Source: Gemmatimonadales bacterium (GTDB lineage Bacteria > Gemmatimonadota > Gemmatimonadetes > Gemmatimonadales > GWC2-71-9). From it: 24,148 nt of DNA. The DNA is taken from positions 1 through 24,148 of the forward strand of contig JACDDX010000002.1 in the NCBI GenBank assembly GCA_013816685.1, given 5' to 3'. The notes under the pieces were generated by a model. That model was not told the DNA's origin and ran no database searches. It saw only the letters and a list, made by a program, of their open reading frames with translations. The first letter of the stretch is position 1; each line of letters starts with the position of its first letter. Of this stretch, positions 15,952-24,148 are shown piece after piece. A program made the translations under genes and the position numbers.

Positions 15952-17822
15952 TCAGCGTGCGGGAGTATACCGAGGCCCACCGGCGGGTTCAATGCGCACC
16001 GAATCGAGTACGTCGAGCGCCACGGACACACGCCCGAGTGGGGCGGAGACCTGCGCTCCCTGTACCCGCTCGGCGAGGGCGACGAGCATCTCCTGCGAAA
16101 TGCGCACCCCCTCCGCCAGTGCCTCTTCCTTTCCACCCGCGCTTGCCCGCCGCATCCGCTCCAGCACGCCGTCCGGCACGGTGATGCCCGGTACCTCGTT
16201 GGCTAGAAACTCCGCGTTCCGCAGGGACACCAGTGGCCAGATGCCCGCGATCACGGGAATACGGGTTTCGCCCAGGCGATCGAGAAAGCGGTCGAACTGG
16301 TCGAGATCGAAGACCGGTTGGGTAATGGCAAATTCCGCCCCCGCGTCCACCTTCCACCGGAACCGGCTGAGCTCGCGCTCGAAATCGGGCGCTGCGGGAT
16401 TGACCCCGACGCCCACCACGAAGCGGGTCGGCTCGCCGATCGCGTTGCCGCCCGGATCCAGCCCGCGATTGAGCCGGGAAACCAGGTTGGTGAGGCCGAT
16501 GCTGTCGATGTCGAACACGGCCGTGGCATCGGGGTAGGGGCCCATCTTCGGCGGGTCGCCGGTGACGAGGAGCAGGTTGTGGACGCCCGCCGCGGCGGCC
16601 CCGAGCAGGTCTGACAACATGCCGAGGAGGTTGCGGTCGCGGCAGGCGTAGTGGACGACCGCCTCGAGCCCGACTTCGCGCTCGATCATGAGCGCGGAGA
16701 GGAGCGCCCCCATCCGGCTCTGCGCCCGGGGCCCGTCGGGAACGTTCACCGCGTCGACGCCCGCGGCCTTGAGCTGGCGCACCTGCTCGAACATTGGAGC
16801 TGGATTGACCCCCTTGGGGGGAACGATCTCGACGGTCGTCACGAACCGACCGGCTGCCAGCTTGGCGCCAAGCTTCGAGCGCTCGGCCAGGGGCACCGGC
16901 TCGCGTGCGACAGCGGGTAGTGCTGTCTCGGAGACGGTGAACGCATGACGTGGGGAGACGCTCTGTACGAACCCGACGATCGCCTTGATGTGCTCCGGCG
17001 TGGTGCCGCAGCAGCCTCCGACGAAGCGCGCTCCGGCTTCCACCATACGGCGCGCGTAGCTCGCCATGTATTCGGGGCTCGCCATGTAGATCTTGCGGTC
17101 GCCAACTTCGCGGGGGAGTCCGGCGTTCGGCTGCGCGCTCAACGGTCGCCCGGTGGCACCCGCGAGCTGTTCGATCGCCTCCAGCACGCCATGCGGACCC
17201 ACCGCGCAGTTGACGCCGATCACGTCGGCGCCCATCGCCTCGAGCTCCGGCCCGAACACGAGCGGCGCGGTACCGTAGTGCGTTCGGCCATCGGTGCCGA
17301 CGGTCATCTGGGCGATGATCGGCAGATCGCAGAGCGCACGCACTGCGGCGATGGCGGCCCGGATCTCGTTCACGTCGCTGAAGGTCTCGAGAATGAACCC
17401 GGACACGCCGCCGGCCAGCAGTCCCTGCACCTGCCGAGAGAATGCCATCTGGGCCTCGCCGGCGGACATCTCCCCGAACGGTTCGAGGCGCACGCCAAGT
17501 GGCCCGATCGCCCCCACGACGGCAGCCCGCTGGCCGGACGCCTCCAGCGCCAGCGTTGCCGCCGCCGTGTTGATCCGCTCGGTCTCACCGGCGAGACCCG
17601 CACCCGCCAGCTTCAGTGGATTGGCGCCGAATGTGTTCGTCTCGATAATTTCCGCGCCGGCTCGCACGTACTCGCGATGGATTTCGCGGACCAGATCCGG
17701 CTGCCGGAGATTGAGCTCGTCGTAGCACACATTGAGGAACACGCCGCGGCCGTACAGCACGGTGCCCATCGCTCCGTCGGCCACGTGCACGCGCCCATCA
17801 GCGATCAGATCGCGCAGCGTCT

Positions 17823-17826
<4 letters not shown>
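15952..17826 (-). CDS. yitJ: Bifunctional homocysteine S-methyltransferase / methylenetetrahydrofolate reductase (YitJ-type)
   Basis: HMT domain ([25 protein letters not shown]) fused to an MTHFR domain ([28 protein letters not shown]). GTG start overlaps the metH stop. Confidence 0.93.
15964..15992 (-). promoter_or_regulatory. Near-consensus sigma70 promoter inside the yitJ 3' end, pointing at the acyl-CoA dehydrogenase
   Basis: Minus strand TTGAAC (15992-15987)-17 nt-TATACT (15969-15964). Confidence 0.65.
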
Positions 17827-21572
<3,746 letters not shown>

Positions 21573-21583
21573 GAGAACCTCCG

Positions 21584-21632
21584 AAAAAACGAAAAACCCC
21601 GGGGCCAAAACGCTGCGGGGAAGCGTTTTAGC
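21584..21632 (-). terminator. Attenuator-like expression platform (hairpins + U-tracts) between riboswitch and metH
   Basis: 11-bp stem GCUAAAACGCU/AGCGUUUUGGC; alternative CCCCG/CGGGG stem followed directly by UUUUUCGUUUUUU. Confidence 0.6.
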
Positions 21633-21671
21633 GGTTTGTTTAACGTGGCCGCAATCAGCGCAAATCGCCAC
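21626..21671 (-). ncRNA. SAM-II (SAM-alpha type) riboswitch aptamer
   Basis: GUGGC-GAUUUG-CGCUGA-UUGCG-GCCAC-GUUAAACAAAC-CGCUAAAA. P1 = GUGGC/GCCAC; conserved GAUUU; pseudoknot UUGCG with CGC-U-AA. It lies upstream of methionine synthesis genes. Confidence 0.85.
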
Positions 21672-21728
21672 GAACTCCCTCTTTACCTGCCCTAAACAAT
21701 ATTACGGCGCCCAGCCGATCGCCACTTC

Positions 21729-22304
21729 TTAGAGCGCACCCAGCATGACGCCTCGAACGATCCAGAGCAGGAGATAGGCCACCATCGGGCTCAGGTCGAA
21801 CATGCCGAACGGTGGGAGGCGGCGGCGGATCGGCTCGAGCAGCCATTCGGTGAGCAGCACCACCGGTCGCAGCACGCGGGAATACAGCGACAATCCGATC
21901 CAGGAAGAGATGACGCGAACGAACAGCGCGACCATCAGCAATCCGAAGACGCCGGCCACTAGCACGCGGAGCCATGCGCGCGGCCCGGCATAGACCAGGT
22001 AGTGCATTGTCCCAACGACGCCGATGATCCAGTGCAACAGGCTCAGGATCACCAGTCCGGCCGCCACGACGACGCCGACGAGCCAGAGCGGCGCGTCCTG
22101 CGGGTTGCCGCCCGAGCGGATCACGCGGCGTTCGACTGTTCCGACCACCGGATCGCTGATCCGCCGCACCGCTCGCGCCCACATTCCGAACGGGGTCAGC
22201 CTGCGGCTGCGGACGGCCCAGTGCGTCAGCGCGACCACCGACGCGAAGATCAGGCTGATCACCACCGCAACCCGCGCCACGAGCTCGATCGTGTTGAGGA
22301 TCAT
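21729..22304 (-). CDS. yggT: YggT-family membrane protein (two YggT repeats)
   Basis: RRISDPVV..VER....GNPQD and EWLLEPIRRRLPPFGMFDLSPMVA repeats. Confidence 0.85.
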   Translation of the reverse strand: MILNTIELVARVAVVISLIFASVVALTHWAVRSRRLTPFGMWARAVRRISDPVVGTVERRVIRSGGNPQDAPLWLVGVVVAAGLVILSLLHWIIGVVGTMHYLVYAGPRAWLRVLVAGVFGLLMVALFVRVISSWIGLSLYSRVLRPVVLLTEWLLEPIRRRLPPFGMFDLSPMVAYLLLWIVRGVMLGAL

Positions 22305-22320
22305 GGAGTGTGGCGACAGG

Positions 22321-22773
22321 TCAGTTGGACGGCTCGCCTACCTGGACCGGGTGCTGAGAGCCGGTACTGGAGGTGCACATGAGCGTGAATCGGCCCGCAT
22401 TGAGAGTGGCTTCCTCCAGGATCTGGCTGTCGCCGCGACAGGCGGTGACTTCGCGTCCGTCGATGCGACGAAAGGCGACGGTCACGACCGGCTCCCGCTG
22501 CACGTTGGCGAGCCTGCGCACTGTGCTTGGCGTGAGACTCTCGACACCCATCTGCGGAAGGGAGGAGGCAGGGCGGCCCTGATGCGACCCGCGATAATCG
22601 ACGGCGCGGTCCACCAGCTCGAAGATCTCCCGGCCCAGCGCCTGGGCATCCCGCGTGGCCGGAGCCAGTTCGGCTGCCATGGAGGGCCGTCGGGCCGCCG
22701 CCGAATCACCGCCGCACGCACCGCCGACCAGCGCAATGACCGCCAGTATGCCGACGGGGAGCCGGTCCGTCAT
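22321..22773 (-). CDS. Hypothetical lipoprotein (150 aa)
   Basis: Hydrophobic leader with GGA-C lipobox; two further Cys; ATGA overlap with the desaturase stop. Confidence 0.75.
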   Translation of the reverse strand: MTDRLPVGILAVIALVGGACGGDSAAARRPSMAAELAPATRDAQALGREIFELVDRAVDYRGSHQGRPASSLPQMGVESLTPSTVRRLANVQREPVVTVAFRRIDGREVTACRGDSQILEEATLNAGRFTLMCTSSTGSQHPVQVGEPSN

Positions 22774-23747
22774 TCCATCGCGAATTCACGGTTGAACACG
22801 ACCTCAAACACGAATGTCTTCCGCTTGCTCCGCGTTTCCATGTGATCCGCGATCCGCTTGAGACGCGCCGGAATTCCCAGGATCTTCTCCTGCGCCTTGC
22901 GCCCCAACTCTCCCAGACCCTGGATGCTCTCGACCCGCCAGTAGCGGATCTGCTCCTGCACGATTCGCAGGTAATCCCGCGGCCCGTAAACGCCGGCTCG
23001 CCGGATCACCTCGGCGAGGTCCTTGAAGCCCGGCATCGTCACGCCCGGCATGTCGATCGCTGGCAGGATGAAGGACGCCGAGTGCAGGGCCTGGTCCGGG
23101 TCGCGCTTCAAAATCTCCTCGAAGATGGTCCGGTAGAACGAGTAGTGACGGGCCTCCTCCTTGGCCAGATGGCCCATGATCTCCCCCAGCCGAGGCGCGT
23201 ACTCGCTGACGATGCGACCGGTCTCGCCGTGTGAAAACTGGGTCGCACGCTCCTGAACGGTGGTATAGACGAAGACGCGATACGGGTCCTTGTCCCACTC
23301 GGGATGGAATCCCCGCCGCAGGTATTCGAACTGCATCTCCTCGAGCTTCCGCTGCTGAAGCAGTCGGGTGTCGCGCACGTAGTCGTGCAGCACTTGCCCG
23401 TGCCGATCTTCTTCGGCGGTCCACAGATTGTTCCAGCTGCGCCAGAAGCTTTCGTCGCCGAGATACACAGCGAGCAACCGGTGGAAATGCGGCAGCCCTT
23501 CCTCGGTCAGCATGTTGAGCGCGATCGCGGCCCGGGCCGAATCCGGAATCCCGTCGGCCTGCGAACGCAGCTCGGCGAGGTGAGTATCGGGACACTCATC
23601 CGGGGCTGGGCCGAGGAGGTCGACCGGAAACCAGAGCTCCCGTTTCCGTTCGTGAATCTCCATCAACTCGTGGACCTTGGGCTCGAGATCCCGAAGCACC
23701 TCGATCTTGGTCTGAATTTCCCGCTCGGCTTCGGTGACGATGCCCAT
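22770..23747 (-). CDS. Soluble acyl-ACP desaturase (ferritin-like di-iron; plant delta-9 / mycobacterial DesA type)
   Basis: TEEGLP, WTAEEDRH, QERAT, EEARH and IDMPG motifs. Start 23747; 23783 is an alternative. Confidence 0.9.
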   Translation of the reverse strand: MGIVTEAEREIQTKIEVLRDLEPKVHELMEIHERKRELWFPVDLLGPAPDECPDTHLAELRSQADGIPDSARAAIALNMLTEEGLPHFHRLLAVYLGDESFWRSWNNLWTAEEDRHGQVLHDYVRDTRLLQQRKLEEMQFEYLRRGFHPEWDKDPYRVFVYTTVQERATQFSHGETGRIVSEYAPRLGEIMGHLAKEEARHYSFYRTIFEEILKRDPDQALHSASFILPAIDMPGVTMPGFKDLAEVIRRAGVYGPRDYLRIVQEQIRYWRVESIQGLGELGRKAQEKILGIPARLKRIADHMETRSKRKTFVFEVVFNREFAME

Positions 23748-23790
23748 GCAGTATCCGGAAGACGGTGAGCCAGTTGGGTCCATACAGAGA

Positions 23791-23832
23791 GGACCAGCCA
23801 CGAAAGATAGCGCGGCTGGTCCGAGGTTGCAT
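23791..23832 (-). promoter_or_regulatory. Inverted repeat straddling a putative -10 upstream of the desaturase
   Basis: GGACCAGCC (23791-23799) / GGCTGGTCC (23814-23822); minus strand ATGCAA-17 nt-TATCTT with the -10 in the spacer of the repeat. Confidence 0.5.
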
Positions 23833-23856
23833 CGGGAATGCGGGGGTGCGGCGGAG

Positions 23857-24148
23857 CTACGCCTCCAGGGCCTTTTCCATCAGGGACCAGGTTCGGCGGC
23901 CGATGTAATCGTCGCGCCGCAACAGCACGCGCCAGCCGAGCGCCGCCAGCAATCCTTCAGATCGGAGGTCGTCGGTCCAGAACTCGGCCAGATGCGCCCC
24001 AGCCTCGCGGGCTCGATCCTCAAAGGCGGCCATGAGACGATGCGCATGCCCCTGGTGACGTGCCTGCGGCAATACGAGGACGTCGACCAGATGCGCCACG
24101 CCTCCGCGCAGCCAGTACCGCAGCCCGCCAATCCAGTCGCCGATCTCG
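23857..24148 (-). CDS. GNAT-family N-acetyltransferase, 5' part outside the window
   Basis: Frame open to the window edge (EIGDWIGGLRYWLRGGVAHLVDVLVLPQARHQGHAHRLM...), with GNAT motif A (V.P..R.QG). Confidence 0.8.
   Translation of the reverse strand, partial: EIGDWIGGLRYWLRGGVAHLVDVLVLPQARHQGHAHRLMAAFEDRAREAGAHLAEFWTDDLRSEGLLAALGWRVLLRRDDYIGRRTWSLMEKALEA

Noticed and set aside
14927-16537. 536-aa plus-strand ORF, and similar long antisense ORFs (7442-8644, 11623-12933, 19236-20291)
   Set aside because: They mirror well-supported minus-strand genes; stop codons are scarce at this GC content.
21573-21671. 33-aa N-terminal extension of MetH (MAICADCGH...) in the ORF track, with an apparent CxxC
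   Set aside because: It is translated riboswitch and attenuator sequence; a GGAGG SD supports GTG 21572.

Overview
GC-rich bacterial chromosomal window, probably Gemmatimonadota (inferred from gene content and protein style, not from a search). It holds 22 CDS, 18 on the minus strand, and I see no mobile element, CRISPR array, tRNA or rRNA. (1) 10716->36 (-) is a tightly coupled 10-gene run: OPT peptide transporter, small membrane protein, BtuF-like protein without a signal peptide, M42 and M28-PDZ peptidases, fRMsr-type GAF protein, HDAC-family deacylase, alpha/beta hydrolase, hypothetical protein, and a PolX-PHP whose polymerase aspartates are lost. (2) 11007-14749 has two plus-strand gene pairs flanking dacB: lmo0937-like + DUF3185-like small membrane proteins, and a low-complexity lipoprotein + fasciclin protein. 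Each pair is preceded by a GTGA-N6-TCAC palindrome. (3) 21572->14762 (-) is metH-yitJ behind an unannotated SAM-II-type riboswitch with an attenuator-like platform, then an acyl-CoA dehydrogenase with its own promoter inside the yitJ 3' end. (4) 24148->21729 (-) is a partial GNAT, acyl-ACP desaturase, lipoprotein and YggT. Best leads: the SAM-II riboswitch, the D-(S/T) sequon density in exported proteins (possible Bacteroidota-like O-glycosylation), and the polymerase-dead PolX with its coupled hypothetical partner. Motif assignments are manual and need HMM/CM confirmation.
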